From Longimicrobiales bacterium (GTDB taxonomy: Bacteria > Gemmatimonadota > Gemmatimonadetes > Longimicrobiales > Gaopeijiaceae): a stretch of 64,000 bases of DNA. This document shows, in pieces, positions 53,012 to 61,718 of this stretch (the stretch's first letter is position 1; each line of letters starts with the position of its first letter). Below the pieces are notes generated by a model that did not search any database, had not been told where the DNA came from, and saw only the letters and a program-made list of their open reading frames with translations. The position numbers were made by a program, and so were the translations under genes. Where the stretch lies: positions 1,760,001-1,824,000 of the forward strand of contig OZ220732.1 in assembly GCA_965116905.1 (NCBI GenBank). The letters run 5' to 3'.

Positions 53012-53509
53012 GTGTGGATTGCGGCGGCGACCGTCGTCCTCGTGATCGTGCTGTACGCCCTGACTGCGTTGTTCTTCGCCCGGGGCCGCTGGTTCGGGCC
53101 ACGCAACATCGACATGTCGCTGGACGCGGGCGTGCGGCATCTGCTCGACGAGTTCCTGACCGAGTTCGGACGCCGCCTCCGGTGGAACCCGGCATCGAAG
53201 GAGCGGCTGCGCGCCGCCGGTGAAGAAGTGCTTCTCAGCCTCGCGGCGCATGACGGTGAAGAGGCGGCCGGGCTGCGGCGCCTGCGCGTGGCGGTGCGTC
53301 AGGACAAGGGGGTTGCCGTGCTGGAGTTCCTGGCGTCGCCCCAGGGGACCAACTTCGAGGAACAGCTGAAGCTCCTGGAGGAGCATGCGGCTCCGGCCAC
53401 CGACCAGGAACTGTCGCTACGCCTGCTCAACCACCATGCGTCGTCGGTGCGCCACCGCCACTACCACCTCAACGACCTGCTCACGGTTCGGGTGGAGGGA
53501 TCGCGGTAG
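53012..53509 (+). pseudogene. Probable 5'-truncated membrane protein (one TM helix + soluble C-terminal domain)
   Basis: No clear RBS/ATG; ELSLRLLNHHASSVRH...TVRVE resembles, from memory, C-terminal extensions of some transporters. Confidence 0.4.
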
Positions 53510-53601
53510 AACGGCCGGGGGCGCGCCGAGCGCCACCAGGGCAGGGGCGTCCGGGCACGCTGCAGGTGCCGTGTGGCTGTTAGTTTATATGTGGACGCCC
53601 C

Positions 53602-53880
53602 GTTGTGAGCAAGCCTGATTTCCGAACCGGGTCGGGGGCATGGTGGTCAGGTACGTTCATATGTCCGGCCTCTTGATGCGGCGCTCGTCGGCCGCGGGCC
53701 CGTATGGTTTTCGTGAGATCGGATCCAAATCAGTTTAACGGGCTCTCAGGCCCTCTAAACCAGGCTGGTTTTTCCGACCCCGTCTTGCTGACTGTTTGCC
53801 CTTACTCCGCTTCGTCCGTCCTGCCGCCCACGTCTCTCGGCAGCGTCTCTCTACTGTCGATTCCCCCCTTTCGGCGCCCC
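53602..53880 (-). ncRNA. Candidate bridge/seekRNA of the IS1111-type element (3' non-coding region)
   Basis: Stem GGGGUCGGA/UCCGAUCUC enclosing an internal loop that matches the AGTTTAG target; second stem-loop flanked by ACAUAUGAAC, matching the donor junction; boundaries approximate. Confidence 0.7.
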
Positions 53881-53882
53881 GT

Positions 53883-54100
53883 TCAGGCCGCAGCGCGAAC
53901 CCGGTAGACCTCCTTCCGCGTGGCCACCGCCCAGACCCGCCGCGCCGTCCGGTTGGCGAGCGCCACCGCGACCAGCTTCTTCGGCTTGCGCGCCAGCATG
54001 CCGGCCAGCCACGGGTCCGCGGCCTCGTCGCGCCGGCTCGCGTGCCGGATGACCGCCATGGCTCCCATGACCAGGAGCCGCCTCAGGTCGCGCTGGCCCA
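53883..54100 (-). pseudogene. IS110 transposase C-terminal fragment
   Basis: GQRDLRRLLVMGAMAV...VAVALANRTARRVWAV. Confidence 0.9.
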
Positions 54101-54555
54101 GCGGATCGGAAGTAGCCGAAATCCCGGCAGGAAATCGTCTAAAGTCATACAGGACTGCACGATCTGCGTTTCCTGCCGTAGTACTGGACCCTACTGGATC
54201 TTGCCACGAACGCGGGAACGCCGGACTTGAATGGCGGGAATCCCGCCCGAATCACTTCTTGATGGGCGACCATCGGGACGATAGCCTTGGCCTGGCACAT
54301 GTGAGGCTTCCTTGCGGGCGGTTAGGCCTGCCCATGCGGGTCTACGCCCTACGACTGGTGACGTCGGGCCAATACGGCCCCACCTGACCCCCTTTCGCTG
54401 GTCGGCGGTTGGAGAATGGCTCCGAATACGCCCATCAGAACGAAGCCGACGAGCTTTGCCATGGACGCACCCTCGTTTTGCACCTCGGGTGGACGCGCCG
54501 CAACCCCGGGCATAAACGGATTGCCCCCCGGCCCAGGGTTGCGGCATTCTCCTTC

Positions 54556-55119
54556 CTACCCCTCCCAAAGCACGAGCCAGAGCGCTTCATCCGGATGGTT
54601 GCGCGCATCCTCGCGAATCTCGTACCGGCGCGCCGAGTGGCAATACGGAACGCCGCAGGCCGCCCGCTGCCCCGACGCGTCCACGCTGGCTCCAGTCGCT
54701 TTGGGCGTTCTGTAGACGGAGAGGAGCCATCGGCCGCGGCGCGGCTGAAGGAGCCACGAGATGTCACCTCGGGCGACAGGCTCGCCGTTCTGGTGCAGTG
54801 CGGCGAACACGCTGACCCTCCCGTCTGCCGGCAGTTCGATCGGCGGCGAGCCCTGGTTCGCGCCGCTGAAATTGGACGCGTCGAGTATTCGCGTCTGCTC
54901 TCCGGCGACGAATACGTCGACGACGAGGCCGGCGAGGCCGGCGGAGTCGGTGAGCGAGGTGTTCACCGGCACACGCTCGCCCGACCCCACCGGCCATTCC
55001 ACCGTATAGGGGCGCGTTCTCTCCCAGCGGTCGCCGGCGTACACCTCGAGCTGCGCCGTGTCTTCCGGGGCGGTGCACGTCGCCGCCAGGGCACCGGCCA
55101 AGAGTGGTAGCGCGCGCAT
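54556..55119 (-). CDS. Hypothetical lipoprotein-like cargo protein
   Basis: MRALPLLAGALAATC signal with lipobox-like Cys; starts 1 bp after the upstream gene stop. Confidence 0.6.
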   Translation of the reverse strand: MRALPLLAGALAATCTAPEDTAQLEVYAGDRWERTRPYTVEWPVGSGERVPVNTSLTDSAGLAGLVVDVFVAGEQTRILDASNFSGANQGSPPIELPADGRVSVFAALHQNGEPVARGDISWLLQPRRGRWLLSVYRTPKATGASVDASGQRAACGVPYCHSARRYEIREDARNHPDEALWLVLWEG

Positions 55120-55120
55120 T

Positions 55121-56807
55121 TCAGTTGTTCCCCATGCTCTTGAGCCACGTCGAGCGGATGTCGTTCGCGTTCCAAGATGATGGTCGCGTGACTCTCACGC
55201 CAGACGGGGCGCTGATGCCGGGAAAGTGGTCGTCGTGCGCATCGTCGTCGACTTCTCCCTCCAAGCACCAAATGAAATCGGGAACAGAGTTCATCTGGCT
55301 GCTTGGTGTGCGGCACGTTCGAATGACCGTCATCACCTTGTCGGGATCCAGATCCGTCTTGTCGTCGCCCTCGTTGTTTTCATCGATCAGGTCCCACAGC
55401 GCTGCGGCGACGTTGCCTTCGATCTCCGCCGGCGCGCCGTCGTCGCGCTCCAACTTCGACCAGGTCTCCCAGCCGAAACGGTCGTCTGGCGATCCGATGT
55501 CGCCGCCGTAGTCGGCCAGACCTTCGGACATTGCGCAACTGTACGAGGACACCGAATCGGTGTAGTGGGGGTTGCAGTTCGACGTGCGCCAGATCCCCCC
55601 CAGCTCCTCTTCATGCAGGGCGTGGGTGAATTCGTGTGCGGATACCCAGGGCCGGTCGTAGTGGCCGCGGAACACGATCTCGTCGTCGTCGTCATCGTAG
55701 TAGCTGGCGGGCGGGGTCTCGTCGTCCTCGTTGAACTCGCGGAACCTGAACGTGCTCCGGCTCCTGTTGTAGCCGAAGTGGTCCTCGATCAGATCGATGG
55801 CATCGTCGTCGAGATAGCTCCACGGCAGGTAGAGCTGCCTCGCTCCCTCTACATTCTTCGTGCCGTCGCTGCAGTCGCTGTACCTGACCTGGAAGGAGGC
55901 GAGGCGGTGGCCGCCGTTGATGTCCGACGTGGTGGGGTTCTTCACGCTACCCCTGCCGACCTGCTCCGCGTAGCCCACGCAGGGCACGTTCAGGATCCCG
56001 CTGGAGGGCACCGTCCGAATCCAGGTGGAGATAAGCTGGCCCCGCTCGTAGTAGTCGACCCGCAGCTGCGCACCTTCCATCGCTACGTTGTCGCCGAACC
56101 GATCCTCGGTATAGGCGTAGAGCCTGAACGTGCCTGCGGAGGCCGTTGCGCTTGCCGCAGTGGTGACTCCTGTCGCCGCGGCGGCGCTGGCGCTCCCATT
56201 GATCCACGCCTCAAACGGTCCTGGCTGCGCGACGACCTCGGAAGGGAACACAGATTCGTCGAACACCCTGGTGACGAACCCGCCGCCGTCGATCACGTAC
56301 AGCCACGCCTCGTGAAGGACATCGTCGAACACGTAGGCGCTCTTGTAGCCACCGTCGGTGTCGGCGAAAGCGGTGATCTTGTAGTATCCCTTCTTGTCGA
56401 TCTCGCCGATTTCGACGATTTGTTTCCACTGCTCGCCACGCTCCATTTTCGGTAGCGTCCAGCTCTTGACCACGGGCGCCTTGCCGCCCGGGACGACGCC
56501 GTTCGCCATCGCGTTGAACGTAGGCAGCCTGACTTGCACTTCACCTCCGCTGATGTCCGCGACCGCTACGGCCTCGATGTGGACGGTGATCGGTGTACCC
56601 GGTGCCAACTCGCCGGTGACCTCGAAATCAACATCGAGGCGGGATTGATACTTCTCGGCGTTAGTGCCGTCGTCGGTCTCCTGTTGGTGCGCCGTGATCA
56701 TCGGCGCTGGATGTTCGGTGTGCTCTGCCCTAGGGGCAACCTGGATCGTCGGTGCAGGCGGCCATGAGCAGCACGCCCGCTGTCAGAAGGCATCTGTGGT
56801 GTCGCAT
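55121..56807 (-). pseudogene. Secreted HExxH zinc-metalloprotease-like lipoprotein, frameshifted after the signal peptide
   Basis: AAGGAG RBS + MRHHRCLLTAGVLLMAAC at 56807, stop at 56730; body ORF 55121-56701 (SAHEFTHALH...SEGLADY) is offset by 1 nt. Confidence 0.7.
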
Positions 56808-57001
56808 GGGATCTCTCCTTGCGTGTTTCCCTGTTTGCTTTCCGGTCGTCCGTTTGAAGCGCCCAGCGGGAGCTCCGCGGCTGATACGCCCATCGGTGGT
56901 GCCTCCTTCCAGTAGAGTTCAAGGATTGCCGCGCGACTCGTGTAGCCGTTCGCAGGGCGAGTGTTCGCACCAAAGCTGGCAACACGTATCCACCCTCACT
57001 A

Positions 57002-57060
57002 GAGGGAAAACCCTGTGATTTCGTGAGGGAAAACCCTGGACTTCATGAGGGAAAACACGG
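57002..57060. repeat. Three direct repeats GAGGGAAAACCCTG at 22-23-bp period
   Basis: Copies at 57002, 57025 and degenerate at 57047. Confidence 0.8.
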
Positions 57061-57529
57061 GGTTCGGGTGGGGGAATCCCTCTCACTCGGCCATGTCGTC
57101 GGACAGTTCCAGAGGGCTGCGAGGTGGCTGCGACGGGAGCAGATTCGTCCAAGTCGATGGCTTCGCAGTGTCCGCGAACTCCACGCCTGACTGGCTGATG
57201 GGAACCCGGACGGGGACGTTTGGGCGCGCCGCTGGTGGCAGTGTCCAGCGGCTCGCGTACCGCGCTGAACCTCCCGGAACGCAATGGGACTTGTAGGTAG
57301 TATCCGACAGGTTGACTTGCTGGCGAGCGGCTCTCCAGCGTTCGGGCATGGAGACGCCGAAGCAGTTGTTCGACACGCGGTGAACGTGTTCCCCAAGGGC
57401 CTCGCCTTCCCCGACGCCTTTCGTGACGAAGCTCTTGGACGGCTTGGGCCGGCGAGCTTGTCCGCGACTGCTCGATAGGCGTGGTTCCGGGCGATGTCCG
57501 GTGAGACGTTTTCGCGGGCGGTCCACGGG

Positions 57530-57570
57530 GCTGGCTTGGCCACGCTAAGGTGGACAAGCCAGCATACCCC
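57530..57570 (-). other. Putative oriT with ColE1-like nic site
   Basis: 14-bp IR 57530-57563 (1 mismatch); minus strand GTATGCTGG^CTTG vs ColE1 GTATACTGG^CTTA; upstream of mobC. Confidence 0.72.
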
Positions 57571-57653
57571 TTGGGGCCACACTCCGTGAGTCCCCTGCGG
57601 AGGCTGGCGGGAGGCTGCGCCCCCTCTGACCCCGCCAACGGAAACGGCGCGCC

Positions 57654-57992
57654 ATGAGCCGGGGACGCGCCGTTTGGGTGAGGGTGCGCGCCAGCGAGGC
57701 GGAGCGCGCCGAGTGGCACGCCAAGGCGCGCTCGGCAGGCCTCACGCTGTCGGATCTGGTGCGCCGGGCGGTCGGCCGGACGCACACGTGGACCGTGGCG
57801 CACGCCGAGGTCGAGCGCGAGCGCACCCGGCAGGTGGCGCGCGTCGGCAACAACCTCAACCAGATCGCTCGCTGGGCCAATGCCCACAAGGAGGGCGTCG
57901 AGGCCGTCGAGGTGATCGGCCACCTGATCGCCATCAGGCGGGCGCTCGGCGCCTTGGAGCCCGCCGAAGACCCGGACGCGGATGCACCTTAA
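57654..57992 (+). CDS. mobC: MobC/MbeC relaxosome accessory protein
   Basis: RHH-like N-terminus (VRVRAS...GLTLSDLVR); RVGNNLNQIARWAN MobC signature. Confidence 0.92.
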   Translation: MSRGRAVWVRVRASEAERAEWHAKARSAGLTLSDLVRRAVGRTHTWTVAHAEVERERTRQVARVGNNLNQIARWANAHKEGVEAVEVIGHLIAIRRALGALEPAEDPDADAP

Positions 57993-59547
57993 GTTCCTGG
58001 CGCACGGAACCGGATCGGCCCGCAAGGCGGCCAAGTACCTCCTCGGCGAGCTTGACGCGGCCGGGAAGCCGCGCGAAGGCGTCGAGGTGCTCAGGGGAGA
58101 TCCCCACCAGGTGGCCACCGTGGCCGATGCGCTTCCCTTCGAGCACAGGTACACGTCCGGCGTGATCGCGTGGGCGCCGGAGGATCAGCCGAGCGACGAG
58201 CAGATCGAGGCGGTCGTGGACGCCTTCGAGAAGACGGCCTGGGCGGGGCTGGACTTCGACCGCTACGCATGGACGGCGGTGCTGCACCGGGAGGAGGGCG
58301 GCGGTGCCCATGTCCACGTTCTGGCCGCGCGCTGCGACTTGGAGACCGGACGGAGCTTGAACATCGCCCCTCCGGGCTGGGAGAAGACCTTTGGCCCGCT
58401 CCGGGACGCCTTCAACCATGAACACGGCTGGGCTCGCCCGGACGATCCGGCGCGGGCGAGGGTGCAGCAGCCGGGCCACCGCGCCTACATCGAGGCGGCG
58501 CAACTGCGGGCGGGCCTCCGGCTCGAATCCTCCCCCCGCGACCTGATCCGCGACTACCTGCTCCAGCGCGTCGAGAACGGGACCGTGCGGAATCGCAACG
58601 AGGTCGTCGAGGCGCTACGCGAGGCGGGCCTTGAAGTGCCGCGCCAAGGCATGGACTACGTCACCGCGCTGGACCCGGCGACGGGGGACCGGTGGCGGCT
58701 GAAAGGAGAACTGTATGGAGAGAACTTCGACCGCGAACGATTTGACCGCCCGGCTCGGGAGGCGGCTGGAGACCGAACGCAGGGAGATCGAGGAGTTGAC
58801 CGCGAACGAGCTGGAGCGGCTCGGCGAGAACTCGCGGCGCGTCGCGAGGCGCGCGCTGCGTTCCATCGAGCGCGATACGGCGGAGGCGGTCGGGAAGATG
58901 CGCGAGTTGCTGGTCAAGGCGTGGATCCGGCCGCTGATCGTCGGCATGGCGCTCTGGCTCGGCATCTTCGTCGGAAGCTGGGCGACGATGCAGTGGTTGT
59001 CGAGGAGCGTTCAGGACCGGATCGAGGACATCGAACTGGCGAAGATCGAGATCGAGGGAGGGCGCGAGATGATCGCCGAGATCGAGGAGACGACCTGGGG
59101 CGTGGGGCTGCGGGAAGTGAACGGGGTGCGGTACGTGACGCTGCCGCGCGGCACGCCGGTCCTGACGGCCTTCGCCGTGGTCGGGCGGCCCTACGTCGAG
59201 CTGTCAAGAGAGTGAGGAGGCTGCATGACCGAATTGGAGAGGCAGTTGATGGAGGCCTTGAAGAGGTTGTCCGCGCAGTCCGAGACGGAACGGCGGCGGC
59301 AATCCGAGCAGGTCGAAGCCTTGCGGCGGCGCGTCGAGCGGCAAAGCGGGGAGAACGAAGCCTTGCAGCAGCGCGTCGAGCGGCTGAGCGAGGAGAACGA
59401 AGCCTTGCAGCAGCGAATCGAGCGGCTCGACGTGCTGGCGACACGCTTGGCCGAGTATTTCGGGACATCCGCCGTCGCGAGACCGCGCGGCCTCCGTATC
59501 TGATGCGGCGACCGGGACCGGATCGCGATCAGGGTCCGAGCCGCTGA
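57982..59547 (+). CDS. Relaxase, MbeA/MOB_P5-like
   Basis: YLLG motif I, VLRGDP, YTSGV motif II, HREEGGGAHVH (3H motif III), RLKGELY. Confidence 0.9.
   Translation: MHLKFLAHGTGSARKAAKYLLGELDAAGKPREGVEVLRGDPHQVATVADALPFEHRYTSGVIAWAPEDQPSDEQIEAVVDAFEKTAWAGLDFDRYAWTAVLHREEGGGAHVHVLAARCDLETGRSLNIAPPGWEKTFGPLRDAFNHEHGWARPDDPARARVQQPGHRAYIEAAQLRAGLRLESSPRDLIRDYLLQRVENGTVRNRNEVVEALREAGLEVPRQGMDYVTALDPATGDRWRLKGELYGENFDRERFDRPAREAAGDRTQGDRGVDRERAGAARRELAARREARAAFHRARYGGGGREDARVAGQGVDPAADRRHGALARHLRRKLGDDAVVVEERSGPDRGHRTGEDRDRGRARDDRRDRGDDLGRGAAGSERGAVRDAAARHAGPDGLRRGRAALRRAVKRVRRLHDRIGEAVDGGLEEVVRAVRDGTAAAIRAGRSLAAARRAAKRGERSLAAARRAAERGERSLAAANRAARRAGDTLGRVFRDIRRRETARPPYLMRRPGPDRDQGPSR
58715..59215 (+). 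CDS. mbeB: MbeB-like mobilization protein (nested in the relaxase gene, alternate frame)
   Basis: AGGAG RBS; coiled coil + TM helix + TWGV...RYVTLP, like ColE1 MbeB. Confidence 0.8.
   Translation: MERTSTANDLTARLGRRLETERREIEELTANELERLGENSRRVARRALRSIERDTAEAVGKMRELLVKAWIRPLIVGMALWLGIFVGSWATMQWLSRSVQDRIEDIELAKIEIEGGREMIAEIEETTWGVGLREVNGVRYVTLPRGTPVLTAFAVVGRPYVELSRE
59225..59503 (+). CDS. mbeD: MbeD/MobD-like coiled-coil protein (nested in the relaxase gene)
   Basis: GAGGAGG RBS; MTELERQLMEAL N-terminus and ENEALQQRVERL, typical of MbeD. Confidence 0.82.
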   Translation: MTELERQLMEALKRLSAQSETERRRQSEQVEALRRRVERQSGENEALQQRVERLSEENEALQQRIERLDVLATRLAEYFGTSAVARPRGLRI

Positions 59548-59651
59548 TGGCGTCCAGTCGCACAGCCGACCGCACGTCTAGCGGAGAAGCCATTCCGGCG
59601 CGAAGTTTGGGGCGCGCAGATCGTGCAGTCCATCGAGAGAGGAATCGAACG

Positions 59652-60812
59652 ATGGCACGCACGAAACGAAGTCGGCGCTCCTACGGCGCCGGCGAATGGG
59701 GCCGGAATCGGGTGAGGGTGTTTCCTGATCCCAAGACCGGCCGATACCAGATCGAGTGGCGAGAGAACGGGCGCAGGCTCACGAGGTCGCTCAAGCACCG
59801 TGACTGGTCGCGGGCCAAGAGGCAGGCGGACGAGGTTGCCGCTGGCCTCGCGGTCCACGAGCCCAACGGCAAGACCGAGGCCGAGCCCGAGCCACTCACG
59901 CTGACTACGCTTTTTGACATCTACGGGGAAGAGGTGACGCCCACCAAGGCGCATCGCACCCGGCGGCGGGACAGAGTCACAATGGCGATGTTCCTCAAGT
60001 TCTTCGGCAGGGACCGAAGGCCTGAAACCCTTTCCCAGCGGGACTGGGACCGCTTCATCCGAGAGCGTCGCGCGGGCAGGGTCGGCCCCAGTGGGAAGCC
60101 TGTGGGCGACCGGATGATCGAATGGGACCTGACGTTCCTGATGGCAGTGCTGAACTGGGCGGCGAGGTCGAAGGACGAGCACGGGCGCCCGCTCCTCGAA
60201 CGGAACCCGCTGAGGGGTCTCAGGAAGCCCAGGGAGAAGAACCCGACCCGCGTTGTTCTCACGGAAGAGGAATACCAAGCGCTTCTCCGGGTGTCGCGGC
60301 AGGTCGGCTGGCGATTCCACGTCGCTCTCGTGCTCGCCCACGAGACCGGGCATCGGATCGGCGCGATTCGCAACCTCCGGTGGGCGGATATCGACATCGA
60401 GGGAAGGACCATCCGGTGGCGCGCCGAACACGAGAAGAATGGGTACGAGCACCGAACGCCGCTGACCGACGAGGCCCTCGCTGTCTTGCAGGAGGCGTGC
60501 AGGATGGGTGCCGGGACTGGAAATGCCCCAGTGCTTCCTTCGTCAAGGGATGCTACGCGGTGCATTCACCGCGTTTCCGCATACCAGTGGTGGAGGAAGG
60601 CGCAGACGCTCGCGGGATTGGAGCCGAAAGCGCGACGGGGTTGGCACTCGCTGAGGCGCAAGTTCGCCAGCGACCTGATGGATCAGCCGCTGAAGGTGCT
60701 CTGCGAACTTGGAGGCTGGAAGGCGGCCAAGACCGTTCTCCGCTGCTACCAGCAACCGGACGAAGCGCAACTCCGGCAGGCGATCCTGAGCCGCCGCAGG
60801 CCGCGGGGGTGA
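59652..60812 (+). CDS. Tyrosine recombinase/integrase
   Basis: TGHRIGAI (R), HEKNG (K), HSLRR (HxxR), LGGW, LRCY (Y); basic N-terminal arm-binding-like domain. Confidence 0.92.
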   Translation: MARTKRSRRSYGAGEWGRNRVRVFPDPKTGRYQIEWRENGRRLTRSLKHRDWSRAKRQADEVAAGLAVHEPNGKTEAEPEPLTLTTLFDIYGEEVTPTKAHRTRRRDRVTMAMFLKFFGRDRRPETLSQRDWDRFIRERRAGRVGPSGKPVGDRMIEWDLTFLMAVLNWAARSKDEHGRPLLERNPLRGLRKPREKNPTRVVLTEEEYQALLRVSRQVGWRFHVALVLAHETGHRIGAIRNLRWADIDIEGRTIRWRAEHEKNGYEHRTPLTDEALAVLQEACRMGAGTGNAPVLPSSRDATRCIHRVSAYQWWRKAQTLAGLEPKARRGWHSLRRKFASDLMDQPLKVLCELGGWKAAKTVLRCYQQPDEAQLRQAILSRRRPRG

Positions 60813-60906
60813 AATCCGAATCGGCGGGAATCAAACAGCGGGAACTCGCACGCCGAATCCCGTAACGTCAATGGTCACAAACAGATCCGCACGGGATAGA
60901 GCATGA

Positions 60907-61718
60907 TGGCCCATCTTCGATATCCTGCCCAGCCTCGGCTTGCCTCCGGTCGTGTGTTGCCGGGGCACGAGACCGAGCCAGGCCGAGAAGTCGCGCCCGC
61001 GCCGGAAGCTCTCCATCGGCGGCGCGAAGGCCTGGATGGCCATGGCGGTGACCGGCCCGATGCCCGGGATCGTCATCAGCCGCGTCGTCTCCTCACTCTC
61101 CCGGGCGCTCGTCCGGATCTCCCGGTCGAGTCCGCCGATCTTCTCGTCGAGTTCCTCGATCCGCCCGAGAAGCACCGAGCCCAGCTCGACGACCGCCTCC
61201 GGCAGGCCACAGTCCCCGTCCTCGATCACCTCAGCCAGCTGCGCGATCCGGGCCCTGCCCTGCGGCGCCACCACGCCGTACTCGGCCAGGTGGCCCCGAA
61301 GCGCGTTGATCGTCTGCGTGCGCTGGCGCACCAGCAGGTCGCGCGTGTGAAAGCGCATCGCCCGCGCCTGCTGGGCTTCCGACTTGACCGCCACGAAGTG
61401 CATGGTCGGTCGCTGCGCCGCCTCCGTGATCGCCTCCGCGTCGGCCGCGTCGTTCTTGCTTCGCTTGACGAACGGCTTCACGTAGATCGGGGGAACCAGC
61501 CTCACCTCGTGGCCGAGCGCCAGGGTCTCCCGGCCCCAGTAGTGGGCGCTGGCGCACGCCTCCATCGCCACCGTACACGGCGGCTGCGATGCAAGAAAGC
61601 CCAGCAACTTCCCGCGGCTCAGCTTCTTGCGGTATGCCACCGACCCGTCCGCCCGGGCCCCGTGCACCTGAAAGCTGCGTTTTGCCAGATCGATCCCGAT
61701 GATGGTAACCTCTTCCAT
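60907..61718 (-). pseudogene. IS110 transposase N-terminal fragment (DEDD domain); reads through into the insert to a stop at 60831
   Basis: GIDLAK, MEAC, KNDAADA, TIPGIGP, WLGLVPRQ; homology ends at ISKMG. Confidence 0.92.

Larger units (their letters stand above)
54094..60913. mobile_element. Integrative mobilizable element (tyrosine integrase + ColE1-like mob module + cargo)
   Basis: 7-bp direct repeat TGGCCCA at 54094-54100 and 60907-60913, exactly at the transposase breakpoints; integrase near the right end. Confidence 0.9.

Noticed and set aside
53544..53552. GGGGCGTCC partial copy of the IS inverted repeat
   Set aside because: A 9-bp GC-rich match is expected by chance and lies outside the AGTTTA junction
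54345..54465. ~37-aa minus-strand ORF MAKLVGFVLMGVFGAILQ... downstream of the cargo lipoprotein
   Set aside because: Has an RBS-like sequence and a hydrophobic start, but is too short to support without homology
52814..57060. Short repeat arrays (52814-52893, 57002-57060) as CRISPR
   Set aside because: Repeats of 12-14 bp with ~9-bp spacers and no cas genes
57045..57526. ORFs between cargo and oriT as rep or excisionase genes
   Set aside because: No recognisable motif or RBS; may be non-coding or a decayed remnant
60831..61718. Intact 295-aa IS110 transposase
   Set aside because: The last ~25 residues are read-through into the IME end; the true C-terminus is at 53883-54100
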